The notes beneath the pieces were generated by a model. That model was not told the DNA's origin and made no database searches. It worked only from the letters and a program-made list of their open reading frames with translations. This document shows, piece after piece, positions 37,073-45,041 of a stretch of DNA of 64,000 bases. This DNA is from Candidatus Komeilibacteria bacterium (GTDB taxonomy: Bacteria; Patescibacteriota; Patescibacteriia; UBA1558; GWA2-36-10): assembly GCA_018656065.1 (NCBI GenBank), contig JABHZY010000024.1, forward strand, positions 5,227 through 69,226, written 5' to 3'. The translations under genes were made by a program, and so were the position numbers. The stretch's first letter is position 1. The number at the start of each line of letters is the position of its first letter.

Positions 37073-37573
37073 ATGAGAGTACCTATTAGAAAAGGTGGTA
37101 AATTTACTCATATTAAGTCTGATCCATATATTACTCAGGCTAAATTTGATGAACTTAGTAATAAATTAGCTAGATTAAAAGAAGATATTCAACCTGAATT
37201 AGCTAAAGAGGTTAAGAGATTAGCTTTGATGGGTGATTTTTCTGAAAATGCAGCTTACCAAATAGCTAAAGGTAGATTACGCAGTACAAATTATAAGATG
37301 GATAAAATAGCTAAGCAAATTGCTGAAGCAAAAATTATAAAAACTGATCAAAATACTCATGCTATACAAATTGGTCATCAAGTAAGTCTAGAATGTAATA
37401 AAAAAATAATAAAATATCGTATCCTTGGTTCTTCAGAAACCAATCCTACTCAAGGGACAATATCTCATCAGTCTCCGCTTGGTAAATTACTTTTAAATAA
37501 ATCTGTAGGAGATACTATAGAACTTAAACTTGATGAGCAAATAGTAAATTATAAAATAATAAAAATAAACTAA
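37073..37573 (+). CDS. greA: transcription elongation factor GreA
   Basis: 166 aa. N-terminal coiled coil with the MGDFSENAAYQ motif and a C-terminal FKBP-like domain. Confidence 0.9.
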   Translation: MRVPIRKGGKFTHIKSDPYITQAKFDELSNKLARLKEDIQPELAKEVKRLALMGDFSENAAYQIAKGRLRSTNYKMDKIAKQIAEAKIIKTDQNTHAIQIGHQVSLECNKKIIKYRILGSSETNPTQGTISHQSPLGKLLLNKSVGDTIELKLDEQIVNYKIIKIN

Positions 37574-37576
37574 AAA

Positions 37577-37604
37577 CCGCCCTGAGCGTAGTCGAATGGG
37601 CGGT
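37577..37604. terminator. bidirectional terminator
   Basis: CCGCCC...GGGCGG hairpin flanked by A5 and T runs. Confidence 0.7.
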
Positions 37605-37611
37605 TTTCTTT

Positions 37612-38271
37612 TTACTTAGTACTTATTACTATCCATTGGCCACTTTCATCTTTTTTCATTTCTAATTTACTAAATTTAGCAAACATTTTTTCTAATTCTA
37701 CTTTGTCATAAAAACTATGAGGTATATCTTTTTCGGGACCAATTAAAGGAATGGCTGTATTTTTATCTAACATCTTATGTTCTTTGAAAGTTCGCCAAGT
37801 CTTTAAACATTTCTTGTCCGGAATAGTTATAAAAGTTTTACCTCCATCCATAAGAGCAGTATAAATTTCGTTTACTAATTTTTGTAAATCTTTTTTAAAA
37901 CCATGATTAATTGTTCGAATAGATATTATAAGGTCGTATTTATTAGGGATTATTTTCATATTAAACATATCAGCCTGTTTTATATTCCCTACTTTAAGCC
38001 CTAAAACCTCTTTGGTCATAGCTACTGAGGTTTCACTAAAATCAATCCCATCCACTTTAAAACCCAAGGAAGCTAAATAATTTAGATACTGTCCTTTACC
38101 ACAACCAATATCAAAAACATAACTATCTTTAAAATTTGTTTTAGATACAAATTCAACAAATAAAGGACTGATACCTTCTATAAAACAACAAGGTACCACT
38201 CCATCATTCATATCTTGCCAACTTTCATCTTTTTTATTAAAAGCTTTGTAGATTTTATCCCAATTTGCCAT
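37612..38271 (-). CDS. class I SAM-dependent methyltransferase
   Basis: Motif I VFDIGCGKGQY. Confidence 0.8.
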   Translation of the reverse strand: MANWDKIYKAFNKKDESWQDMNDGVVPCCFIEGISPLFVEFVSKTNFKDSYVFDIGCGKGQYLNYLASLGFKVDGIDFSETSVAMTKEVLGLKVGNIKQADMFNMKIIPNKYDLIISIRTINHGFKKDLQKLVNEIYTALMDGGKTFITIPDKKCLKTWRTFKEHKMLDKNTAIPLIGPEKDIPHSFYDKVELEKMFAKFSKLEMKKDESGQWIVISTK

Positions 38272-38322
38272 ATTTTTATTATAACTTATTGAAGAATAAA
38301 AACCGCCTATCTGGCGGTTTTC

Positions 38323-38442
38323 TTATTTGGTTTTTTTCTTAGCTTTTTCTTCAAGCATCACTCGTTTTGCTTCTAGTCTTTTAGCTGTTTTTTTAGAGCT
38401 AGATTTTTGTACTCTACCAACAGCATGTCTTCTTTTTGCCAT
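38323..38442 (-). CDS. unlisted small basic protein (39 aa) MAKRRHAVGRVQKSSSKKTAKRLEAKRVMLEEKAKKKTK
   Basis: ATG-to-TAA ORF below the track cutoff. Immediately followed by the CCGCC/GGCGG terminator (38302-17). About 45 percent K+R. Confidence 0.45.
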   Translation of the reverse strand: MAKRRHAVGRVQKSSSKKTAKRLEAKRVMLEEKAKKKTK

Positions 38443-38513
38443 ATAAGTGTCATTTATTATTAATTACAGAGGTATACTAGCTTGTTATTGGAATAAAATC
38501 AAGGCTGCGGGGC

Positions 38514-40151
38514 TTATTTGCCAATAATACATTGATTCTTCTCACAAAGTGGATATCCAGCTCCACAGTCAATTGGACCTTCACAACTAGCCGTACAAGG
38601 TGCGTCAATTGGATCAGGAGCATATTTTTTATTAATGTAATCTGTAGGATGACAAATTCTATCAGGCACGCAATCATCAACTGTTTCACACATATGCGAA
38701 AGAACATAAACTAAATCTACAGGTTTATTTTCATCTGAATTATCCTCTTGGTTTGAATCATCATCAACTTCTTCAGCTATATTTTCTAATTTTTTACGAA
38801 ATACAATAGCATTAGGTAAAGATCTGCCTGGTCCAATCATATAAGAATTATCATAATATAAAGCCGAACTACCACCGCCATCTAAATTTAGTGCTTCGGT
38901 AGCTCCTAAAGTTTTAAAAATCTCAGCAAAGTCTATCATATTAGCTGACCTAGCAATAACTAAATAAATATTCTGATCATCATAACCAATGCCACCTCTA
39001 GTTGCTTTTGAATTATAACTACTATAATGAGGCTCAGAATTTACAACTACTACACCATTTTCTATTAGGGAAGGACGATTTGAAATTCCTGCTATTTGAG
39101 TTGTGTTCCTATAAGTTAGCCAAGCTCCTATATTAGATAAACCTTTGTTTGGTCTATGAAAATGAAAATATTCACCGTTGGCTCCAGCGGCCATCCATGA
39201 GCCGTTGTGATAAAAACCAATATCTCTATTTATAACTATATTTAAATTACTATTTAAAACTGGAGATAAAAAAGAATTTTTAGTGCTTGCGCATTCAGCA
39301 TAATCTGGCGGACAAAAGTATGTTCCATTTATACCAATTTCAGCTGAGTTGTCTTGAACATAGGAAGCTAATGATTTAGTAGCGCAATCTCCATCGCAGT
39401 CTGCACTAATGGCAGTATCAGTTATCATCAAATATTTATCTTTAGTTAAAGTAACTAAACTAATATCAAAAGAACCTCTGCTGGTATCTATAGTGTATCT
39501 TTTATAAGATGAATATTCATCCAGTATTTCAGAATCTTGTATTATTGAAATTTTATCTAGATTGGCATTTGTGATACCTAAGCTCAAATACCTCATAATC
39601 TGATAGGCAGCTGGTCCATCTGGCATATAATATCTTTTATTATCAACTGGATTTATATACCAAGCTTCTCCATGAGCCTCTACCTGCAGGAGAATTTTAC
39701 CACTTAAATCACTGGCTAAATTATTATCATATATAGGTTTTTCTTCTCCTAAAGGATTTTGATTATTTCTTACTTCTTGACCATCACTTAAACCATCACC
39801 ATCAGTATCATAATTATAAGCATCGGTTCCTAGTCCATCTTCTAATTTATTACAAAGACCATCGCTATCTGAATCTAAACATTCAAAACGATCTTCAAAA
39901 CCAATTGGAATCTTAGTTAAGTTAGTATTAGTAATTCCTAGACCTAAGTCTCTCATCATTCCATAAGCAGCATTACCATCAGCCATATACATTCGACGAC
40001 CATCAGATGGTTGAACATACCAAGCCTCGCCATTTTCCTCTACTTGAAGCAAAATACGACCTCTAAGCCTAGTTTCAGCTGGAGCAGCCTCTGTAGACCC
40101 AATAGTAGTGAATAATATTAAGCCCATAATAACTAATAAAAGCTTTTTCAT
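38514..40151 (-). CDS. secreted multidomain protein with a phosphodiester glycosidase (DUF2233/NAGPA-like) domain
   Basis: Signal peptide. Two repeats of about 55 aa (ILLQVE..GEAWY...LGITN.NL.KI). Thrombospondin type 3-like DxDxDG repeats. INGTYF and LDGGGSSALY motifs. Cys-rich C-terminus. Confidence 0.7.
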   Translation of the reverse strand: MKKLLLVIMGLILFTTIGSTEAAPAETRLRGRILLQVEENGEAWYVQPSDGRRMYMADGNAAYGMMRDLGLGITNTNLTKIPIGFEDRFECLDSDSDGLCNKLEDGLGTDAYNYDTDGDGLSDGQEVRNNQNPLGEEKPIYDNNLASDLSGKILLQVEAHGEAWYINPVDNKRYYMPDGPAAYQIMRYLSLGITNANLDKISIIQDSEILDEYSSYKRYTIDTSRGSFDISLVTLTKDKYLMITDTAISADCDGDCATKSLASYVQDNSAEIGINGTYFCPPDYAECASTKNSFLSPVLNSNLNIVINRDIGFYHNGSWMAAGANGEYFHFHRPNKGLSNIGAWLTYRNTTQIAGISNRPSLIENGVVVVNSEPHYSSYNSKATRGGIGYDDQNIYLVIARSANMIDFAEIFKTLGATEALNLDGGGSSALYYDNSYMIGPGRSLPNAIVFRKKLENIAEEVDDDSNQEDNSDENKPVDLVYVLSHMCETVDDCVPDRICHPTDYINKKYAPDPIDAPCTASCEGPIDCGAGYPLCEKNQCIIGK

Positions 40152-40154
40152 ATT

Positions 40155-40754
40155 CTATTCAACAAAAGAAAAACTCTTAACTACTTTTTCAAAGATAGCT
40201 TCACTAGCCTCATTATCATTAGAAACATACAATAATCTATATGTGACATCGCCCTTTACTAAATGATATTCAATCATTTTTTTATCGTCAGTTTGTATTT
40301 CAAAGCGTGTGGCTGCTTGTCCAGCAACAGTAATTTCTTTAGTAATATAATCATCTTTGTCTTTAGCTAAATCTTCTAAGCTAATTCTAGACTTTTCTAT
40401 TACAATCTGTCCTAAATATTCAGACATTAAGCCCATAAGCCCATCCTTGTCTATAATTAAATAATCATCGATTAATTCATTGCTACCAGCAGTTTCTATA
40501 TCAGATTTCATAAAATGTTGCCAATACCAACCATCTGGTCTCATAACTGTGTAACCCATAGCCTTGTTTTCATATAAGACATATTCCTCTTCATCATCTG
40601 TAATAGCTAGATTATGATCTTTAATAAGGTCTTTTACTTCTTCAGCTTCTGTTATTGTATCTTCTGCTTTCTCAAATTCATCAACAACTTTTGAGCTACA
40701 AGCTGCGCCCATTAAAAAAGTAAGAACGAATAAACTTAGTAATATTTTTTTCAT
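40155..40754 (-). CDS. putative lipoprotein (199 aa)
   Basis: Signal peptide ending FLMGAAC. Confidence 0.55.
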   Translation of the reverse strand: MKKILLSLFVLTFLMGAACSSKVVDEFEKAEDTITEAEEVKDLIKDHNLAITDDEEEYVLYENKAMGYTVMRPDGWYWQHFMKSDIETAGSNELIDDYLIIDKDGLMGLMSEYLGQIVIEKSRISLEDLAKDKDDYITKEITVAGQAATRFEIQTDDKKMIEYHLVKGDVTYRLLYVSNDNEASEAIFEKVVKSFSFVE

Positions 40755-40779
40755 GGTTTTTTTATTAATTTATAATTTA

Positions 40780-41568
40780 TTAATATTGTCCTTTGCCTTT
40801 ATATTTTCCACTACGTACAGCTTCAGCTCCGCCTATCTCTGCCTGATTTGTTTTATGGTAGGCTTCAGAGGCAGTGAATTCAGATAAAATTTTCTCAATC
40901 ATTTCTGGCTGATCTTTATAACGTTCACGTAAAAAATCTTCTGCTGCTAAAAACTTAACTTCCATTGAGACTAGCTCTGGCTTCTTTTCCTTCATTGCTT
41001 CCCAAAAAGCTTCAGCTCTATCAAGACGTAAATCAAGTAAGAGGAAAGCTACTTTAGTTAATCCCTCGGCATGAGCAAGCTCTATTGAATTTTCAACATC
41101 ATCCTGAGTAGTTTTAGTCTTATCAAGTATTTTTATATTTTCATTACCTAAATTTTCAGAAGCATTAGTTTCTCTTTCAAATACTTCCATCATAGGTCCA
41201 GCTTCACTTAAAGAAGGATTATCGGCTGCATGTTTATCAAGAGCAGCAGCACGTCCTGCGGCAAAAATAACTAGCTTTGGAGGAACCCCCTTTTTTACTA
41301 GATCTTCATAATATTGCGCTGCAGCCAATGTTACGGCATTACCTCCACCAACAATGGCATTTTCACCGTCTTTATCTAAGTCTAAGTTCCTTTCTGCTGT
41401 TCGCCAGCCTTTATCATCAACTTCTTGAATAAGACGCGTAGGCTTCCATTTTTCTTCTCCTTTGACATCTACACGTTCAATACTATGCCCAGGAACAACA
41501 ATGACTTCTGCCTGATACAATTCTGACGGTTCTTGTTCTGCAGATAATTTTTCTCTATTAAACTTCAT
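40780..41568 (-). CDS. hypothetical protein (262 aa)
   Basis: ORF with no signal peptide. The ATG lies 6 nt after a TACAAT -10. Family not recognised with confidence. Confidence 0.55.
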   Translation of the reverse strand: MKFNREKLSAEQEPSELYQAEVIVVPGHSIERVDVKGEEKWKPTRLIQEVDDKGWRTAERNLDLDKDGENAIVGGGNAVTLAAAQYYEDLVKKGVPPKLVIFAAGRAAALDKHAADNPSLSEAGPMMEVFERETNASENLGNENIKILDKTKTTQDDVENSIELAHAEGLTKVAFLLLDLRLDRAEAFWEAMKEKKPELVSMEVKFLAAEDFLRERYKDQPEMIEKILSEFTASEAYHKTNQAEIGGAEAVRSGKYKGKGQY

Positions 41569-41574
41569 AGCTTT

Positions 41575-41607
41575 ATTGTAGCTTATTTTAGAAAAACAAA
41601 AAAGCCC
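41575..41607 (-). promoter_or_regulatory. conserved 33-nt promoter motif, copy 1
   Basis: Minus strand GGGCTTTTTTGTTTTTCTAAAATAAGCTACAAT. Nearly identical to the copies at 43270 and 43941. Confidence 0.55.
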
Positions 41608-41621
41608 AAAAATTTGGGCAA

Positions 41622-41802
41622 AAGAAAAAAGATTGAGAGGGGTTGGTGTGAAAGAAAAAGTGTTGATGGGGTTTGTTGTTGTGTGATAAGTGTGCAGTGT
41701 TGGGGATGCACTTTCTACTGCCTAACTTTTAAGCTTCAGAAAGCACATCCACAATCACTATACTTATCTTCCCTACGATTTCTTTCTACTCTCAATCTTT
41801 GA
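41622..41802 (-). ncRNA. orphan rod-like RNA E (about 180 nt), family unknown
   Basis: TTTACA-16-TATTAT promoter (41836-41809, minus). 11-bp closing stem 41629-39 / 41789-99 followed by U6. 13-bp apical stem 41704-16 / 41748-60 with two wobble pairs valid only on the minus strand. The 3' arm is CA- and C-rich. Confidence 0.55.
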
Positions 41803-41863
41803 GTCCTAATAATAACATATCTATAAAATATGTAAAGTCTAAGTTATACACAAGGTGTCCATT

Positions 41864-43243
41864 TTAATTCACTACTATTACACTATTTAAATCAGGATCT
41901 CCACTAACAGTATAAGTGCCATAAGTATTAATTTTCCAGACAAAGTAAGCTTGACCATTATCATCGGCTACTATTATTTGTCGTTTTGCTGCGACTACTC
42001 CTGGACCAGCTAAGGACAAAGTCATTTCAGTACCTGGGACAGTGGCTATAGCAGCGTAAATTTCACTGTATTCTCCTGGCTTAACATGTTCAAAAGAAGT
42101 TTGCATTACTATACTAAGTTCTTGTCCATCAAATTCTCCAACTAATCCACTAGTTTCCGTTTCGGTCATTGGATCAAGAGCTGTACCACTACTTAAAGGA
42201 GTTTCCCAAATTTGAACAAAACCCCAACTTAATGCTGTAATACCTTCGTAAGGACCATAATTTGTTATTCGATTACTACGCACCTCTACGGTCTCTGACC
42301 CTTCTTCAGCATCTGTGTAAGGATCATTGATATCTAAATAAGTTTGACCATCACCCTGATGAATCCCAGTAACAGTTACCATATGTCCACCAGTAGATTT
42401 ACCATCTGCATTAGCAAACTTTATACGTAATTCAACAGAAGCACCTTTTTCTAAAGCCTCTCTAATAGGATCTATAGTTTCAATGCCGTGTGTATCACCT
42501 ACTTTTGTAGTTCTAATTGGCAAGCCATGTCTAGCTGCCCAAAGATTTTTACCAGTTACAAAATCATCAGACTGAACACCATTAGCCATATTCCATTTCA
42601 TATCTTCTTTCAGCTCCTCTATCAATTCTTCTGGTTTTATAGATTTGTCTTCAGCATCTCCATGTTGATTTATGAGCGAGATTAAACCATTGGCTGCTGC
42701 GGTAGGAGCGCACTCACCTTTTTTTTGATCTATATCAGGTACATTCTCTTGAGTTATTTCAATTAATCCGTCATCAGCATAGACCAAATTAACTCCTAGG
42801 CCTTTCATAGCTTCTTCTGGATTGGTAATGGTGTCCAAATCCATTAACTCACTTAAATCAGATATTTTTATACTTACATTTTTACTAACACTTTCATCAT
42901 CAAGTTGGACTAAAATATTTTGTTCTTCAACAAAATTATCTGGCGCTTTAAAATATACTTTATTTCTTTTATTAGCTTTAGCTAAGACCATCATATCTTT
43001 AACTAGCCATTCAGTAGCTTCAAATATTCCGTTGTTATCTGAATCTATGGCTAAACTTAATTTACTTCTACTATCTTCACTTGCTAAAAAGTTGATTCCT
43101 AGGGCAGCATTGCCATTATTATAGCTAATAAGGCTTAAATCTGAGCCCAAAACAGCTATATCAGGCTCCTTATCCTGACCTTTTAGTAAGAATATAGCTA
43201 TTATAACTATAATTATTACAATAATTGGTATTATTTTCTTCAT
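41864..43243 (-). CDS. membrane-anchored surface protein with a papain-like (C39-like) cysteine peptidase domain
   Basis: N-terminal TM helix. KKGECAPTAAANGLISL (candidate catalytic Cys) and STGGHMVTVTGI...NDPY (candidate His/Asp). Confidence 0.6.
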   Translation of the reverse strand: MKKIIPIIVIIIVIIAIFLLKGQDKEPDIAVLGSDLSLISYNNGNAALGINFLASEDSRSKLSLAIDSDNNGIFEATEWLVKDMMVLAKANKRNKVYFKAPDNFVEEQNILVQLDDESVSKNVSIKISDLSELMDLDTITNPEEAMKGLGVNLVYADDGLIEITQENVPDIDQKKGECAPTAAANGLISLINQHGDAEDKSIKPEELIEELKEDMKWNMANGVQSDDFVTGKNLWAARHGLPIRTTKVGDTHGIETIDPIREALEKGASVELRIKFANADGKSTGGHMVTVTGIHQGDGQTYLDINDPYTDAEEGSETVEVRSNRITNYGPYEGITALSWGFVQIWETPLSSGTALDPMTETETSGLVGEFDGQELSIVMQTSFEHVKPGEYSEIYAAIATVPGTEMTLSLAGPGVVAAKRQIIVADDNGQAYFVWKINTYGTYTVSGDPDLNSVIVVN

Positions 43244-43269
43244 ATATTTATATTAAAGATTATAATTTT

Positions 43270-43302
43270 ACTATAGCTTATTTTAGAAAAACAAAAAAGC
43301 CC
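43270..43302 (-). promoter_or_regulatory. conserved 33-nt promoter motif, copy 2
   Basis: Minus strand GGGCTTTTTTGTTTTTCTAAAATAAGCTATAGT. Confidence 0.55.
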
Positions 43303-43340
43303 TGAAGTAGGGCTATAGAATAATATTAGAACTTTTTTAA

Positions 43341-43934
43341 CTAAATAATTTTAAATGCTATTAAGATAGCAATAATAATTAAACTTGCAGCGGCAAGTTC
43401 TTTTTTAAATCTTAACTTATCTACTCTTTCTGCAAAATAAATTGCAATTGATACTTGTATGAGTGTAGCTACATATATGCCTATGATAACTAAAGTTTTT
43501 TCGTAGAAATTACGCTCTAAAAAAATAGGCACAATCACAATAATATCATCCAGTATAGTTAAAAAAGATATAACAAAGCCTAGACCTATTAATTCCAGAA
43601 AACGAGCATTACTTATCTTTTTTATTTTGGCCACTTCTTTGGCTGTTTGTTTTTTACGCTCTGGCATAAAAAGACCAAAATAAATACCAATAGCTAAGGT
43701 AATAATAATACCAGCGATAATATAACGTACACCCGGAACACTTTTAATAGCTTCTGAAAATAAAATAGCCAAAATTATAGCTGCGGTAAGTGATAATAAT
43801 GTACCAATTGAAAAAGCTACTTTACCGAGCCTTGTTTTGGTAAGTGATGCAATGACTGGAATTCTAGTTAATGTATCATCAAAGCTAGCTACTGCTTTTA
43901 CTAAAAAACCTAAACTTATATTTTTGAATATCAT
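43341..43934 (-). CDS. integral membrane protein (197 aa, about 6 TM helices)
   Basis: Hydrophobic throughout. The ATG lies 6 nt after a TATGAT -10. Confidence 0.6.
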   Translation of the reverse strand: MIFKNISLGFLVKAVASFDDTLTRIPVIASLTKTRLGKVAFSIGTLLSLTAAIILAILFSEAIKSVPGVRYIIAGIIITLAIGIYFGLFMPERKKQTAKEVAKIKKISNARFLELIGLGFVISFLTILDDIIVIVPIFLERNFYEKTLVIIGIYVATLIQVSIAIYFAERVDKLRFKKELAAASLIIIAILIAFKII

Positions 43935-43940
43935 GACTGT

Positions 43941-43973
43941 ATCATAGCTTATTTTAGGGAAACAAAAAAGCCC
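43941..43973 (-). promoter_or_regulatory. conserved 33-nt promoter motif, copy 3
   Basis: Minus strand GGGCTTTTTTGTTTCCCTAAAATAAGCTATGAT. Confidence 0.55.
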
Positions 43974-43979
43974 CTAGGA

Positions 43980-44008
43980 TTGACAATATTAGTATAAAAT
44001 AGTTATAT
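43980..44008 (+). promoter_or_regulatory. promoter of the 139-aa gene
   Basis: TTGACA, 17 nt, TTATAT. Divergent from motif copy 3. Confidence 0.55.
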
Positions 44009-44058
44009 GTAGTTGTTAGTATAGTTCTTGTCACAAACCTCGGAAAGAGGGTGTCATT

Positions 44059-44478
44059 ATGTACTGGAAAAATGATGCTGAAGCAATCGCATTTTTACAA
44101 TCGCGCGGACAACTAATCCCTATGGATCCTAAAGACATCAGAGAAGTTGCCACATTAATTCTTGATTTAGAATTAAAGAGGGCTAGAGAAGCTGAAGAGG
44201 CAGCTGAAAAAAGAACTGCTAGAGAAAAAAGAGGTCTCCGAAATTGGGATATAATCAAAAGAGGTCGCGAAGTTGTAGAAGCTGAAGAGGCAGCTGAAGA
44301 AGCTCGCATCAGACAGGCTGCAGCCGATGAATTTAAGCGACGAAAAGAAGCTGAGGAGGCGGCTAATCGTTGTTCATCATGCGGTAAAATTAAAAAAACC
44401 TGTAACACATGCAGTACGACGGTATGTTGTGGAACAAACATAAGTGGGTACTGCTGGCATTGCTGGCATGATGATTGA
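44059..44478 (+). CDS. orphan GC-rich protein (139 aa): charged helical region plus Cys-rich C-terminus
   Basis: SD AGAGGGTG before the ATG. EAEEAAE repeated three times. Tail CSSCGKIKKTCNTCSTTVCCGTNISGYCWHCWHDD. Own terminator. Confidence 0.65.
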   Translation: MYWKNDAEAIAFLQSRGQLIPMDPKDIREVATLILDLELKRAREAEEAAEKRTAREKRGLRNWDIIKRGREVVEAEEAAEEARIRQAAADEFKRRKEAEEAANRCSSCGKIKKTCNTCSTTVCCGTNISGYCWHCWHDD

Positions 44479-44479
44479 A

Positions 44480-44513
44480 GAGCGTTCGAAAATTCGGGCG
44501 CTCGTTTCTTTTT
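44480..44513 (+). terminator. intrinsic terminator of the 139-aa gene
   Basis: GAGCGTTCGAA/TTCGGGCGCTC stem with two U.G pairs valid only on the plus strand, followed by a T-rich run. Confidence 0.6.
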
Positions 44514-44619
44514 ATCTAAAATTTACAAACAAAAAATCATCTCAAAAGATGACTTTCTGTTGACAGGGGTGTTGGGACATGATTGGAACTTTTTTTGATG
44601 AAAATGCTTAATAATTGTA

Positions 44620-44979
44620 TTATTTTTGTCTGTCTGATTTCCAATTATTATAATCTACACAGCTTTTACCATCCCAACAAAACTTTTCACCACAAGTACA
44701 CTGCTCTCTATATGATTCTTCTAGACTACACGTATAATCAATATGCCCTTGCATCCCCTCATTTTCAAGCTGTCTTTCACAGCTTGGCGGCGGCGCGCAG
44801 GAAGTAATTGTTTGCCATTCACCTCCACTAATTTTACAATCTATCTCTATATCGCCAGTTAGCTTATTTTTTTTAACTTCTTCTCGTACAACTTCTTCTT
44901 TACTACTATTATATTCTTTCCAAACAAATACTCCTCCAAATATAATAGCTGAAATTAAAATGGATAAAATAATTTTCAT
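44620..44979 (-). CDS. small secreted/anchored Cys-rich protein (119 aa)
   Basis: N-terminal hydrophobic helix. 10 Cys in the mature part. Confidence 0.55.
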   Translation of the reverse strand: MKIILSILISAIIFGGVFVWKEYNSSKEEVVREEVKKNKLTGDIEIDCKISGGEWQTITSCAPPPSCERQLENEGMQGHIDYTCSLEESYREQCTCGEKFCWDGKSCVDYNNWKSDRQK

Positions 44980-45041
44980 AATTTTGATATTTATTTAAAT
45001 AACGTCCTTAGTATAACAAAAAAAAGGTAGTAGGATTCGAA

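Noticed and set aside
41614-41802. Plus-strand 62-aa ORF (TTG start, Cys-rich) across RNA E.
   Set aside because: It lies on the strand where the helices of the element contain C.A and A.C mismatches instead of wobbles. There is no promoter or RBS. Its composition is an artefact of the G/T-rich complement.
44031-44441. Minus-strand 136-aa ORF antisense to the 139-aa gene.
   Set aside because: It mirrors the GC-rich repeat region (Ala/Ser-rich translation). It has no promoter or RBS, whereas the plus-strand gene has a promoter, an SD and a strand-specific terminator.
45018-45040. A GGATTCGAAC string resembling a tRNA T-loop next to the mnmA stop.
   Set aside because: There are no complementary T-stem, acceptor or anticodon arms around it. 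It is a chance match.
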